A stretch of DNA of 64,000 nt, from positions 2,357 to 66,356 of the forward strand of contig JBPOIB010000009.1 in the NCBI GenBank assembly GCA_052034935.1, given 5' to 3'. The notes under the pieces were generated by a model. That model worked only from the letters and a program-made list of their open reading frames with translations. It had not been told where the DNA came from and did not search any database. Source of the stretch: Candidatus Moraniibacteriota bacterium (GTDB taxonomy: Bacteria; Patescibacteriota; Minisyncoccia; Moranbacterales; UBA1568). The translations under genes and the position numbers were made by a program. Positions 18,593 to 28,293 of this stretch are shown piece by piece (position 1 is the stretch's first letter; each line of letters begins with the position of its first letter).

Positions 18593-21177
18593 GCGACAGA
18601 GACGCTCCCGCTTGCTTCAGCGGTATTCCCGTTTTTATCCTCGACCGTTACTTTGATATCGAGGGTAGAATTGTTCTGGTCTCCAGGGATGCTGTAGTCA
18701 ATGGTGTAAGGTTTCTCGCTCCTCTCGCCCACGATGTCACCTTCTACTCGGAAAATGACCTTGGCGACCCCGTAAGGGGCATTTACGTTCGTTTTGAGCA
18801 AGAGAGTGCTGGAGTTGGATGAACCAGGGAGGTCGAGACTGATTGATGGGCGGTACTTCTTAAAATCGTCTTCGCTACAGTCCTTTTCAGGTGCTTCTTC
18901 AGCTACAGTCCCTTTCTGTTTCTTGTACCAATCCTTCACCGCCTTCTCCCAGTTCTTATACTGGCTATCACTTTCCGGCTTCTCTGGTTCATCCCCGCGG
19001 GGGTCATCGCGCTTCACATAGTGGAGGATATCGTGCGGTTCGACAAAGTCGCGCTTCTTCACTTCCCCTTCCGGGCAGTATTTGTTCGCGAGGCAGTATT
19101 TATCGTCTTCTCCGGGAATCTCACAAACCTTCAAATCCTTCTTATCTTCAAGTTTTCCACCAACCATTGGCTTGTTGATATCCTCCTTTTCATACTTCGG
19201 AAAGCGCTCAATTGCATAGTTGGTAAGTGTCTTATCAAGAAAGGCACGCCAGATTGGGGCGGCGACCACAACACCGTCAGCCCCCTCGGCCATGGGACTA
19301 TTGTCATTGTTGCCCGCCCAAACACCCACCGCGAGCGACGGTGTAAATCCAAGTGTCCACCCATCGCGGAATTCGTTTGTTGTACCAGTCTTCGCTGCGA
19401 CGTCTCGGTCATCAAAGCGTAAGGGGCTATTTTCCCCGAAGGCAGGGGTGCGATAGCTATTCGTCGACATGATGTGTTCAAGCATTGTTACATACTTTTC
19501 TTCGATCACTCGCTCACCCGGTCCGCTCTGGAATTCTTCGAGGATAGTACCTTTAGAATCTTCAATCCGGAGGATGGCAGAAAGGGGTTGTTTTATTCCT
19601 CCAGTTGCGAGAGTTGCATAGGCGTGGACATGATCGAGCAGTTTCACTTCGCCGCCGCCGAGAACGAGCGAGAGCCCGAGTCGGTCCGGGTCATTGAGTC
19701 CCTGGACACCGAGTCGCTTAGCGGTCTCAATCGAATCTTTCACTCCAGCAAGATAGAGTGTCTTTACTGCTGGAACATTGAGCGACTGGGCAAGTGATTC
19801 AGCCATCGAGAGGGGACCGCGGAATTTCCCATCATAGTTCTGAGGCTTGTAGCTTTTTTTTTCATCAGCAGTCTCGAATTCGGTCTCGACATCATACATG
19901 AGTGTCTCGGGGGTGTAACCCTTGGTAAAGGCCGTCAGGTAAACATAGGGCTTGAAAGATGATCCTGGCTGCCGGTCACGGATAGTCACGTTCACCTGGC
20001 CGTCGATAGCGGTATCAAAATAGTCTTTCGAACCGACCATAGAGAGAATTTGTCCGCTCTTTGGATCGATAGCCACCAGAGCGGCATTCTTCGCTTTTTG
20101 ACGAATATTCTTTTCAGCTCCGCCCCGAACAGCCTCTTCTGCAATCTGTTGCTTATCCCAATCAAGGGTTGTTATAACACGGTAGCCGCCCTCCTCAACT
20201 GCTCGATCACCATATTTCTCCTGGAGATAGTCTTTGATGTACATGACAAAATGGGGTGCAGCAATGATATCTTTCTGTGGAGCGAGCTTGCCGAGCGTAT
20301 CGGCATTGATCGCTTCCTCAGCCTGTTCATCAGTAATATAGCCGAGCCTTGCCATCTGACGAAGGGCGTAACTTTGGCGGCCAGAAAGGGCTTCCGTATG
20401 CGAACCATAGGGAGAATAAAAAGTCGTCGCTTGGGGCAGGGCCGAAAGGAGGGCAGCTTCGTCAAGACCGAGTTCGCGGGCTGATTTTCCGAAGAATGTC
20501 TGCGCGGCTGCCTCAATGCCGTAGGCATTCGAGCCATACGGAATCTCATTCAGATACATCTCGAGAATTTCGTCCTTAGAATATTTTGTTTCGAGCTCGA
20601 TTGCGAGGATAACCTCTTTGATCTTCCGCGAGAGAGCCTTCTCGTTGGTGAGCAGGGTATTCTTGACGAGCTGCTGGGTGATAGTTGACCCGCCCTCGGC
20701 CTTTTCGAGGGTGATGATGTCTTTAAATAAGGCCCGCGCAATCGAAGAGAGCTTTATCCCGAAGTGGTTGTAGAAGTCTTGGTCTTCAAGTGAAATAGTG
20801 GCATATTTCACCACGTCCGGCATCCCGGAGAGAGGAATGACGGTGCGTTTTTCCTCACCATGGACTTCGTAGAGGAGTTGAGTACCAGAGCGGTCGTAAA
20901 TTTTTGTCGATTCGGCCACGAACCGATCTCGGACATTGCCGGGCGAGGGGAGATCTTTAGCGATATAGAGGAAGAGCCCAACGATACCGAGAAAACCGAT
21001 ACCACCAAGAATAGCCAGAACTTTTGCCGCTTTCTTCCAAGGAAACCGTTTTTTCGGCCCCTGATTAGCACTCACAATTTCAATCGCCGGCTTGCGCCGG
21101 AAACTCGGCCGAGAAAATATTGATTTTTGGCTGAAATAAAGCATAAAGAAGATGGTAATCTGTCTCATGTATACCAT
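18586..21177 (-). CDS. class A penicillin-binding protein (PBP1A family) with C-terminal Ig-like domain; start uncertain
   Basis: EDQDF, GGSTITQQLVKN, RKIKE, YLN; SSFK, SLN, KTG transpeptidase motifs. Confidence 0.93.
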   Translation of the reverse strand: MVYMRQITIFFMLYFSQKSIFSRPSFRRKPAIEIVSANQGPKKRFPWKKAAKVLAILGGIGFLGIVGLFLYIAKDLPSPGNVRDRFVAESTKIYDRSGTQLLYEVHGEEKRTVIPLSGMPDVVKYATISLEDQDFYNHFGIKLSSIARALFKDIITLEKAEGGSTITQQLVKNTLLTNEKALSRKIKEVILAIELETKYSKDEILEMYLNEIPYGSNAYGIEAAAQTFFGKSARELGLDEAALLSALPQATTFYSPYGSHTEALSGRQSYALRQMARLGYITDEQAEEAINADTLGKLAPQKDIIAAPHFVMYIKDYLQEKYGDRAVEEGGYRVITTLDWDKQQIAEEAVRGGAEKNIRQKAKNAALVAIDPKSGQILSMVGSKDYFDTAIDGQVNVTIRDRQPGSSFKPYVYLTAFTKGYTPETLMYDVETEFETADEKKSYKPQNYDGKFRGPLSMAESLAQSLNVPAVKTLYLAGVKDSIETAKRLGVQGLNDPDRLGLSLVLGGGEVKLLDHVHAYATLATGGIKQPLSAILRIEDSKGTILEEFQSGPGERVIEEKYVTMLEHIMSTNSYRTPAFGENSPLRFDDRDVAAKTGTTNEFRDGWTLGFTPSLAVGVWAGNNDNSPMAEGADGVVVAAPIWRAFLDKTLTNYAIERFPKYEKEDINKPMVGGKLEDKKDLKVCEIPGEDDKYCLANKYCPEGEVKKRDFVEPHDILHYVKRDDPRGDEPEKPESDSQYKNWEKAVKDWYKKQKGTVAEEAPEKDCSEDDFKKYRPSISLDLPGSSNSSTLLLKTNVNAPYGVAKVIFRVEGDIVGERSEKPYTIDYSIPGDQNNSTLDIKVTVEDKNGNTAEASGSVSVAY

Positions 21178-21207
21178 GAAAGAGGGCTCTTCTCAAGGCG
21201 TCTGCCG

Positions 21208-22194
21208 TTATGCTGTCGGCAGACCGAAATAGATGCGGAGGATTTCTTCCGCTGCGTCGAATCCAGGGCGGTTCACCGGATTCTGATGGAGGGAAAGGTC
21301 TGGTCCGCCGTTGATTTCGATGATGACTCCGCCAGTTTCGACGAGCGGCCGGCCGATATCTTCGGTAATGACATCAATGCCGGCGACGTTGAGGTAAATT
21401 GCCTTGGCAGCGTCGAGGAAGACCTTCCGGTTCGCTGGATGGACCTGATCGGTAACATCGATTGCGGCTCCCCCGTGGGAAATCGGTGCGATGAGGTAGA
21501 GGGGAACGCGGATTCCGGGTGCCGGCACCATAGAAAGGGTTAGTTCCTGCTCCCCGAGGATAGAAATAAGCTCCGGTTTGATCGGGATAGGGTAGAGCTC
21601 GGATTCAGAGGTGAGGGTACGGTTATGGGATTCGATCAGCGTGAGTATGGTGTCGCGGCCATTGCCGACCAGTGTCGGTGGGATATATTCAGCAACTGCG
21701 ATGATGTGCCCCTCGAAAACGAGAATTCGGTATTCTTTACCGCGGATCTTTTTTTCCGCCAATACGTAAGTGAATTCTTTTTTGATCGCTTCATAGGCGG
21801 TGACCGCTGATTCGAGCGAGGGGAGCATCCCGTGAACGCCTTTTCCGACCGTGCTCGCGAGCGGCTTCAAGAGGATATCCCCCTTATGCTTTTCGTAAAA
21901 AGCGGCCAGTTCAGTCGAATCGGAGATAAGGAGTTGGTCAGTTGTAGGGAGTTTCTCTTGCCGGAGGATTTCATTGGTACTTGCCTTATCGGCCGCGATC
22001 TTCATCCCAATAAAAGAAGTGGAAAGAATCGTTGCCCCGAGGGTAAAGAGCTCTTTTTCTCCGTTGGAAATGCGGAAGACGGAACGGCGTTTTTCAGTAC
22101 CGCCCTTGATGGAGGCATACGGCGCTACTGTTAGGTCGAGTCGTTTTGCAGCCTGAAAAAACCCAAATTTTGAGGGAGTGTTAGAGTCGGGCAT
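21208..22194 (-). CDS. stand-alone ATP-grasp ligase, cyanophycin synthetase N-terminal / GshAB C-terminal-like
   Basis: DKA, LKP...GKGV, EYRIL, VGNG.DTI, GIDVITEDI, IIEING.P. Confidence 0.8.
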   Translation of the reverse strand: MPDSNTPSKFGFFQAAKRLDLTVAPYASIKGGTEKRRSVFRISNGEKELFTLGATILSTSFIGMKIAADKASTNEILRQEKLPTTDQLLISDSTELAAFYEKHKGDILLKPLASTVGKGVHGMLPSLESAVTAYEAIKKEFTYVLAEKKIRGKEYRILVFEGHIIAVAEYIPPTLVGNGRDTILTLIESHNRTLTSESELYPIPIKPELISILGEQELTLSMVPAPGIRVPLYLIAPISHGGAAIDVTDQVHPANRKVFLDAAKAIYLNVAGIDVITEDIGRPLVETGGVIIEINGGPDLSLHQNPVNRPGFDAAEEILRIYFGLPTA

Positions 22195-22341
22195 AGGTGT
22201 TTTAGTAGAAAAATAAAAAACGCCCAGGAGCGTTTGGAGAGGATCATCTTAAGCAGGCCTTGAGAGCATCCCTAAACGTCTAAAAAATATATCATAAAAC
22301 AATGAAAATGTAAATAGTTTTAATATGGATGACCAGTATTG

Positions 22342-23370
22342 TTATTGAGGAAGATGTGACTTTATAACAGATGAGTAAAAATCAATGTACGATTGGGCCA
22401 TCTGCTCCGCGCTGAATTTTTCTTCGGCATACCGCCGGCAGGCAGGCCGACTGAGCTGGTCCGTATGTTTGGTTGCCTGGATGAGCTCATTCAGATCATC
22501 TGAGAGAAAAGAGACGGCTGGATCGCTGAGTACTTCAGGGAGCGGATCTACCCGACTGCCGATAACGGGCGTGCCGCAGGCCAGTGCTTCTGCCGAAACT
22601 CGTCCGAATGTTTCTGGGCGGACAATCGGAAAAAGGAGGGCCTCCGAGTGGCGGAGTAAGTCAAGGAGCTCTTGATTGGGGAGATTATCGATAGCCTTGA
22701 TTTGTGAGCCGTCGATAAAAGGCAGGACCTCTTTCTCGTAGTATGCTTGGCGCTCATCCGAATTCCCCACTCGGCCAATAATAGTCAGTGTTTTCCCCGC
22801 TCCTCGAGCAATCGCGATTGCTCGGTGGATGCCCTTCTGCTCAGTGATGCGTCCGACGGTGATCAATCCCTTGCCTGGTGCGTAGGAGGGGGTGATTTTC
22901 GATACCGGAATACCTGGGTGAATGAACGCATCTGCACCAGTGATCTCCTGCTGCTGTTTGGTCAACGCGACAACCCGGACTGGAGTCGTTCGAATGAGTC
23001 GCATGTCTCTCTCGGCTATCTTGTTGTGGAGCGTCAGTACGGTCGGCACGGAAAGGTGTCGAGAAATGCTGTAGGCATAGCGTTGAGATGAGAGATGGAC
23101 GATATCAAACTCATTCTGATGAGAAATCACCTCGAGCTGGCTGCCGATAATCAAATTTGCTCGCTCCTGATCGGTCTGCTCCTTGAAGTCAGGCATGGAC
23201 CAGAGGCTGGTAGGAAGAATGGGATGGATCTTCGCTCGAGTGGGAAAGTTGGCAGGAGCAAACAGTGTGACGTCTACGCCGGCGTCAGTGAGAGCGTCGG
23301 CGAGCTGAATCGTCCCGAGCTCTGGCCCACCCGTCTCCCCAAACACCGGTGAAACAATGGCTACTCGCAT
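22342..23370 (-). CDS. GT4 glycosyltransferase
   Basis: VTLFA, LTLH, VGRITEQKG, ETFGRVSAEALACGTPVI. Confidence 0.92.
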   Translation of the reverse strand: MRVAIVSPVFGETGGPELGTIQLADALTDAGVDVTLFAPANFPTRAKIHPILPTSLWSMPDFKEQTDQERANLIIGSQLEVISHQNEFDIVHLSSQRYAYSISRHLSVPTVLTLHNKIAERDMRLIRTTPVRVVALTKQQQEITGADAFIHPGIPVSKITPSYAPGKGLITVGRITEQKGIHRAIAIARGAGKTLTIIGRVGNSDERQAYYEKEVLPFIDGSQIKAIDNLPNQELLDLLRHSEALLFPIVRPETFGRVSAEALACGTPVIGSRVDPLPEVLSDPAVSFLSDDLNELIQATKHTDQLSRPACRRYAEEKFSAEQMAQSYIDFYSSVIKSHLPQ

Positions 23371-24320
23371 AAGGTGAGTAATTTTTTAGCATGGTCCAGA
23401 CGGACTTTTTCTGGAGCGACGAGCCGGAGAAGATCGAACCCCGGAGTTGTGTTCATTTCAATAAAGATAGGCGTGCCCTCTGGAGTGAACATAAAGTCGA
23501 GCGAGTAATGGGCCCTTTCAAAATGTCGTAACGGGGCCATGATGGATTCCGCTGCCTCCATGCAAGCCGCGGGAATCTTCTCATGAGGAACGAGCACGGC
23601 ATTCGCACCCTGATGGAAGTTCGTAAAGAGCGATCCCTTCTTGGCAATTCTTGAGAGCGCGTAGACAAGTCGGTGATTGATGAATACGAGCCGGAGATCG
23701 GCCACCTCCTCTTTTTGGGAAAAGCTGGGAACTCCAGCGGTTGGAATAAATTCTTGGACGATAACGGGAAAAGCGAATGTTTCCTTGAGGAGCTCTGATT
23801 TTTCACCGATGGCCACCTCTTTTCCGCCTGAGCCATAAAGCAGCTTGACCACCACTTTCGATGACCGTATCTTTTCAACCGCACTCATGAACTGTCCTTG
23901 ATTCTCGGCTAGAAAGGAGGTCGGCATCCATTCGCGGAAGATCAAGTACTGATGGAACTTATTATCGAAGAGCGTCCGGAACGTCGGGGAATTGATAAAG
24001 GGTGTCTGCAAAGACATAACCATTTTCTTTTCAAACAGAGCGTAGTCGTATTTCCCGGCGACCTTGTCGAAGAATGCGTTCGGTCGAGGTGGATGTTCTT
24101 TTTTCTCCCAACACCCTGAAGAGAATGTCCAGGCGCGAGAAAACAACCCGGTCGTCTCGTTATACCAGTCGATATGGGCGCGATAGACATCCCATCCTTG
24201 GGTCGCTGAAAAGGTATAGAATTCTTCGAACGAGATGCGCGTTTCGGGCGAGCCCTGAAGCGGAACAATGTCGCCCCAGTCGTCTTCGTTATAGAGAATG
24301 AAGAGCGCTTTCTGAGCCAT
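23361..24320 (-). CDS. ATP-grasp ligase (RimK/YheCD-like)
   Basis: DNK, VVK..GSGGK, IVQEFI, DLR, TNFHQGA, LDF, IEMNTTPG. Confidence 0.82.
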   Translation of the reverse strand: MAQKALFILYNEDDWGDIVPLQGSPETRISFEEFYTFSATQGWDVYRAHIDWYNETTGLFSRAWTFSSGCWEKKEHPPRPNAFFDKVAGKYDYALFEKKMVMSLQTPFINSPTFRTLFDNKFHQYLIFREWMPTSFLAENQGQFMSAVEKIRSSKVVVKLLYGSGGKEVAIGEKSELLKETFAFPVIVQEFIPTAGVPSFSQKEEVADLRLVFINHRLVYALSRIAKKGSLFTNFHQGANAVLVPHEKIPAACMEAAESIMAPLRHFERAHYSLDFMFTPEGTPIFIEMNTTPGFDLLRLVAPEKVRLDHAKKLLTLCE

Positions 24321-24332
24321 AACGAGGAGGTC

Positions 24333-25748
24333 TTATTTTGTTACATCAACCAGGAAATTTCCGAGGTTCCGGCGGCCGATAATGGCGCGGTACTGGAGAC
24401 TGGAACGATCGACAACAGTCGGATTTGCTAAAATTTCCTGCCCGTCGATAAGAAGCTTAAGGCCGACCTTCGGCCGCATACTGACGCCGTTTGAGGCATA
24501 GACGAACACGATATCCTTGAGATCCGGTATATCTGACCGCAGGTACCTCTTTTTGAGGTCTTCCCGGGCTTTTTCCCCAGCCTCTTGGTTCTCTGGCTGC
24601 ACTGGCTCGATGGTATCAAAGTATTCGAGTACCGGCGTGAACCCGAGTTCTTCAGCGAGGGCGCGATCAATCGCACTGGAATCCGCACCAGTGTCGATTT
24701 TCGCTTCGATCTCGACTTCCTTTCCGTCTTTGCCGACGAGTTTTACCTTCTCGACCGAGCCGATGACATGCTTGCCGGAGAGCCCCTCGATGTTCTCTTC
24801 GATTTCTCCGCCGAAGAGATTCATCCCGACGCGCACGCCGTGGTCGACGCTTTTGATCTTCACGCCTTTTACGCGTTCGAGCCGTTCTTTCAGTCCTGCC
24901 ATGTTGGCGAGCTGAATTGAGAGTCCAGGGCGGGCATTGAGCTCGAGGATGACGGGACCAGCGTCACGGTCGATGGCGATATCGGCACCGAGGAAGCCGA
25001 GGCCGGAGACTTCCTGAGCCTTCACAGCCATCGTAAGAATGTCTTTCCAACGAGGAATCTTGATACCAGAGAGGAGAAGCCGGGTCTCGGGAACGTACTC
25101 GAGGAGCCGCCCCTTTCCGACGATAGCGGTCGTCGTCGTCCCGTTGGCCATGTCGATCCCGACACCGATCGCTCCCTGGTGGAGGTTCGCTTTACCGCCG
25201 GAATCCTTGGTTGGGAGGCGAAGCATCGCCATCACTGGTACGCGATTGAAAGTGATGATGCGGATATCAGGGATACCCTTCCAGGTGTAGGGCTTGAAGA
25301 GCTTGAGGAGCTTGAGCCGTTCTTCGAAAAAAGCGACGTCCGGCTTATTGGAAAGGGAGAAGGATCCATCAAGGATGTTCTGGATGTGGCTCTTAATATC
25401 AGCAACCGTGATGAGACTACCATCAGCCTTTACCCAGGCATCATCGCGCCCCTTTTTACGCGCGTAGACAACCACAATGCCTTCGCCTCCGAAGCCACGA
25501 TTTGGTTTCAGGGCGAAACTGTCGGGCAGCGTCTGCCAGTTGAACACTTCAAGTTCTTCAGCTGACTTGATCTTCGCAATGAGCGCGGAGACCGGCAACC
25601 CATTCTTTTTCAATACGACTTTACAACGGAGTTTCTGATCTGCCATCCGCCGACCACGGGCATGATTATACCGCCGTACATAATCGAGGTTGCGGGCGTT
25701 CATCCCGAGGAGAGTGCGGCTTTGAGCGAGCCAGTCGAAAAAAGACAT
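24333..25748 (-). CDS. alpha-L-glutamate ligase-like ATP-grasp fused to a C-terminal RimB-like retropepsin domain
   Basis: LGMNARN, LKPNRGFGGEGI, GIPDIR, AMLRLPT..SGGKANLHQGA, LELNARPGLSIQ; C-terminal AKIDTGADSSAID...IIGRR. Confidence 0.85.
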   Translation of the reverse strand: MSFFDWLAQSRTLLGMNARNLDYVRRYNHARGRRMADQKLRCKVVLKKNGLPVSALIAKIKSAEELEVFNWQTLPDSFALKPNRGFGGEGIVVVYARKKGRDDAWVKADGSLITVADIKSHIQNILDGSFSLSNKPDVAFFEERLKLLKLFKPYTWKGIPDIRIITFNRVPVMAMLRLPTKDSGGKANLHQGAIGVGIDMANGTTTTAIVGKGRLLEYVPETRLLLSGIKIPRWKDILTMAVKAQEVSGLGFLGADIAIDRDAGPVILELNARPGLSIQLANMAGLKERLERVKGVKIKSVDHGVRVGMNLFGGEIEENIEGLSGKHVIGSVEKVKLVGKDGKEVEIEAKIDTGADSSAIDRALAEELGFTPVLEYFDTIEPVQPENQEAGEKAREDLKKRYLRSDIPDLKDIVFVYASNGVSMRPKVGLKLLIDGQEILANPTVVDRSSLQYRAIIGRRNLGNFLVDVTK

Positions 25749-25766
25749 AGAAAAAGCGAAAAAGGA

Positions 25767-26426
25767 CTAGGACTCCTGTTTCAAGATATGGCGGAAGCGG
25801 AAAAGCTCCACGAGCCGCAGTCCCGTCCATTTGCCGAGACCGATGTTGATGACAAAGGTAACGAGAATTGCCCAAGGGTAGTGGAGGAAGAATTCTCGGA
25901 GCGCCGGCCAGCCGATGACGAAGTAACCAACGATGGAAATGATGAGTGTTTCACCAGCGAGGATGAGGGCAGTTTTTGACCCCTGCTCGATTTGGGTTGC
26001 GATGAATTTCTCGGCGAGGGTAATCATGATGAGGAGCGGAAAGATGTCGACCGCTGCGAGGCCGGTCCGTTTCAGTGAGGCACCGAGTGCGAGGATGCCA
26101 AGAATCATGAGCGAGATAATCGAGAGCGTGATGGCGACGCGAGGGAGGTAGAGGAGGCGGAAGGCACGGAGAAGGTAACGCGAGAGAATACCCATGCCGA
26201 TGACCGCAAAAAATATCGCGATGCCGTACTTCAACCCCTTTTCTCCAAAGGCAAGAAAGGCGAACGTGATGATTGATGGCGTGTAGATGCCGAAAGCCTT
26301 GATCCCAACGATTTGCCGAAAGAAGGCGACGAGGGTCGCGATAACTGGCAGCATGAGGAGGAGATAAACCGTTTCGAGCGGCACGCCTTCAGTCACAAAG
26401 TAATTGATGATGGGATGATAGTTCAT
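25767..26426 (-). CDS. 7TM domain protein (7TM_transglut family) lacking the inactive transglutaminase domain
   Basis: LLMLP, RQIVGIKAFGIYTP, FPLLIM..LAEKF, GKWTGLRLVELFRF. Confidence 0.85.
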   Translation of the reverse strand: MNYHPIINYFVTEGVPLETVYLLLMLPVIATLVAFFRQIVGIKAFGIYTPSIITFAFLAFGEKGLKYGIAIFFAVIGMGILSRYLLRAFRLLYLPRVAITLSIISLMILGILALGASLKRTGLAAVDIFPLLIMITLAEKFIATQIEQGSKTALILAGETLIISIVGYFVIGWPALREFFLHYPWAILVTFVINIGLGKWTGLRLVELFRFRHILKQES

Positions 26427-26435
26427 ATATCTACA

Positions 26436-26924
26436 TTATACTCGCCGTTTCGCAAAAGAGGCATGGTGGAGATGGCAGAGCGCGATCGCGAGCGCATCGG
26501 CGACGTCATCTGGTTTCGGGATTTCTTTCAAGTGGAGAATTTCTTTGGCCATGCGCTGCACCTGCTGCTTGTCAGCCTTGCCGTAACCAGTGAGTGCCTG
26601 CTTCACTTCGAGCGGGGTGTAACCAGCTAGGGTAAGCCCAAAATCGGCCAAAGTCAAGAGGAGGGCTCCCCGTGATTGAGCGACTGAGATGGCCGTCTTT
26701 TGGTTATTGAAGAAGAAGAGCTCTTCGAGTGCGGCCGCATCGGGTTTGTATTCCTTTACGATTTCTGTCACATCGTCGCGGATTTCTTGAAGGCGTTTCT
26801 CGAGGGGCAGGTCTTTGCTCGTCGAGATATGGCCGTAGGCAATCGCGACTGTTGTGCCCTTCACATTTTCGACGACCGCCCAGCCGACGGTCGCGGTGCC
26901 TGGATCGATACCGAGGACTTTCAT
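26436..26924 (-). CDS. ruvC: Holliday junction resolvase
   Basis: LGIDPG, EELFF, YTPLEVK, GYGKADK, DDVADALA. Confidence 0.96.
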   Translation of the reverse strand: MKVLGIDPGTATVGWAVVENVKGTTVAIAYGHISTSKDLPLEKRLQEIRDDVTEIVKEYKPDAAALEELFFFNNQKTAISVAQSRGALLLTLADFGLTLAGYTPLEVKQALTGYGKADKQQVQRMAKEILHLKEIPKPDDVADALAIALCHLHHASFAKRRV

Positions 26925-27700
26925 AGTTTGTTTGAGAATGATTGAGTCGGAGCGAGCTGCCACAGTGCCTTGAAAAGCTCACGTTGATTGCGGGCGAGAA
27001 CAGCGTCGTGGATTTCTACCAGATAGTGTGGGCGAGTTCGCGTTTGGGCCATAAGAATGTAGTCTCCGGCCACCCAATAGCTCGTGTCAAAGGCAACTCC
27101 TTTGGGCATAACTTTCATTTTTCGCATGGTGAGGGAGGCATCCATCTCATGCTCAAGGGGGATATCGTTGAAAAATGACCTGATTTCAATCGAGGCAGAC
27201 CCATTTTTTGCTGCCCACAATAGCCACTCCATGTAGTTGGTAGTAAACGAATCATCTTGATACCCCCACCAAATATTCCCGTAACTTAAGACGCTTTCCT
27301 CCCATCGGGGATAGGCTTCGTAAAGGTGGGTTTTAAGATCAGTCTCCTCCACGAATCGGATCCGTGGGACAGAGTAGTGTTTCTCACTAACGAGGCTGCT
27401 GAGTTCTTTGGCGAGAGTTTTTGCTACCCTTTTTTTCTCAACTATTTTTTTTTCTTCTCGCTCAAAGAGAGCAACGAGTTTTTCTGGGGGAGTAGCGACG
27501 AGATAGGCGACTTTCTGCCCCAGATCCTGAGTCATCAGTCCCATTTTCCCCAATTTTTTGGCCACCGAGTAAACCGTGGTCCGGTTGACGCTGGTAATTT
27601 TTGCTACCTCATTCGGAGCAATTTTCCCCGACCTTAAAACGGCGAGGTAGGTCTCTCGCTCGTTTTCATTCAGGCCAAGTTTTCGGAATAGTTCTTCCAT
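26921..27700 (-). CDS. TrmB-family transcriptional regulator
   Basis: LGLNENERETYLAVL...VNRTTVY winged HTH, coiled coil, C-terminal effector-like domain. Confidence 0.85.
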   Translation of the reverse strand: MEELFRKLGLNENERETYLAVLRSGKIAPNEVAKITSVNRTTVYSVAKKLGKMGLMTQDLGQKVAYLVATPPEKLVALFEREEKKIVEKKRVAKTLAKELSSLVSEKHYSVPRIRFVEETDLKTHLYEAYPRWEESVLSYGNIWWGYQDDSFTTNYMEWLLWAAKNGSASIEIRSFFNDIPLEHEMDASLTMRKMKVMPKGVAFDTSYWVAGDYILMAQTRTRPHYLVEIHDAVLARNQRELFKALWQLAPTQSFSNKL

Positions 27701-27717
27701 AACACCTTTCTTGGCTT

Positions 27718-27825
27718 ATTCTAGCATGTTGTTGATATATAGTCAACAAAATATAAATTATATCAATATATTACTTTAAATAAAACATAAAAACAGTTGA
27801 CAAACTATAAACAATAGAGTATATT
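27718..27825. promoter_or_regulatory. back-to-back sigma70 promoters, each overlapped by a GTTGA-N7-T(C/A)AAC operator
   Basis: Minus: TTGACT(27746-41)-17-TAGAAT(27723-18). Plus: TTGACA(27797-802)-17-TATATT(27820-25). Palindrome TTGTTGA-N7-TCAACAA 27729-49; second copy 27796-814. Confidence 0.75.
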
Positions 27826-27891
27826 AGGACGTTCCTTAACAACTGAGCTCTCGCTCAACCGTTGCCGGCGGTAACCGGACGAGGAGGCTTT

Positions 27892-28293
27892 ATGTCTTAT
27901 GGAAGTGGCGGCCCCATTGAAAAGCATGGGCGCAAACTGGGCAACTACTTCGTTTGTCACCAAGAGGGTAATCGTCGTCGAGAGACTCTTTCCATTGTTG
28001 CGACAGGCGACGAGAGCATCGGCGCTACGCTGAGCAATATTGGGCTCCTAGAAGTGTGGTGTGGTGGCAGCGCAGCTCACGAATGCGAACAGAAAAGAGC
28101 TATTCAGCCCCCTGTGTTCTGCCTGAAAAGCATCGTGGTATCAATTCGTGACAGGCAAACCGAACTCAGGGTATGGATGTGGTGCAATGACCAGTCGTTG
28201 CATCAGGAAACCTTCATCTTTGATAGGCTGGTCAGTCCCGTGACAAACAGCCTAGAAATGCCGAAAGACAGTTATACCAAGAGGAGGGTATGA
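27892..28293 (+). CDS. hypothetical protein (orphan, Cys-rich)
   Basis: GAGGAGG RBS before ATG 27892; downstream of a consensus promoter. Confidence 0.6.
   Translation: MSYGSGGPIEKHGRKLGNYFVCHQEGNRRRETLSIVATGDESIGATLSNIGLLEVWCGGSAAHECEQKRAIQPPVFCLKSIVVSIRDRQTELRVWMWCNDQSLHQETFIFDRLVSPVTNSLEMPKDSYTKRRV

Noticed and set aside
21208-22194. Cyanophycin synthetase (cphA) or glutathione synthetase (gshAB) call
   Set aside because: Only 328 aa; lacks the Mur-ligase domain of CphA and the glutamate-cysteine ligase domain of GshAB; no cphB nearby.
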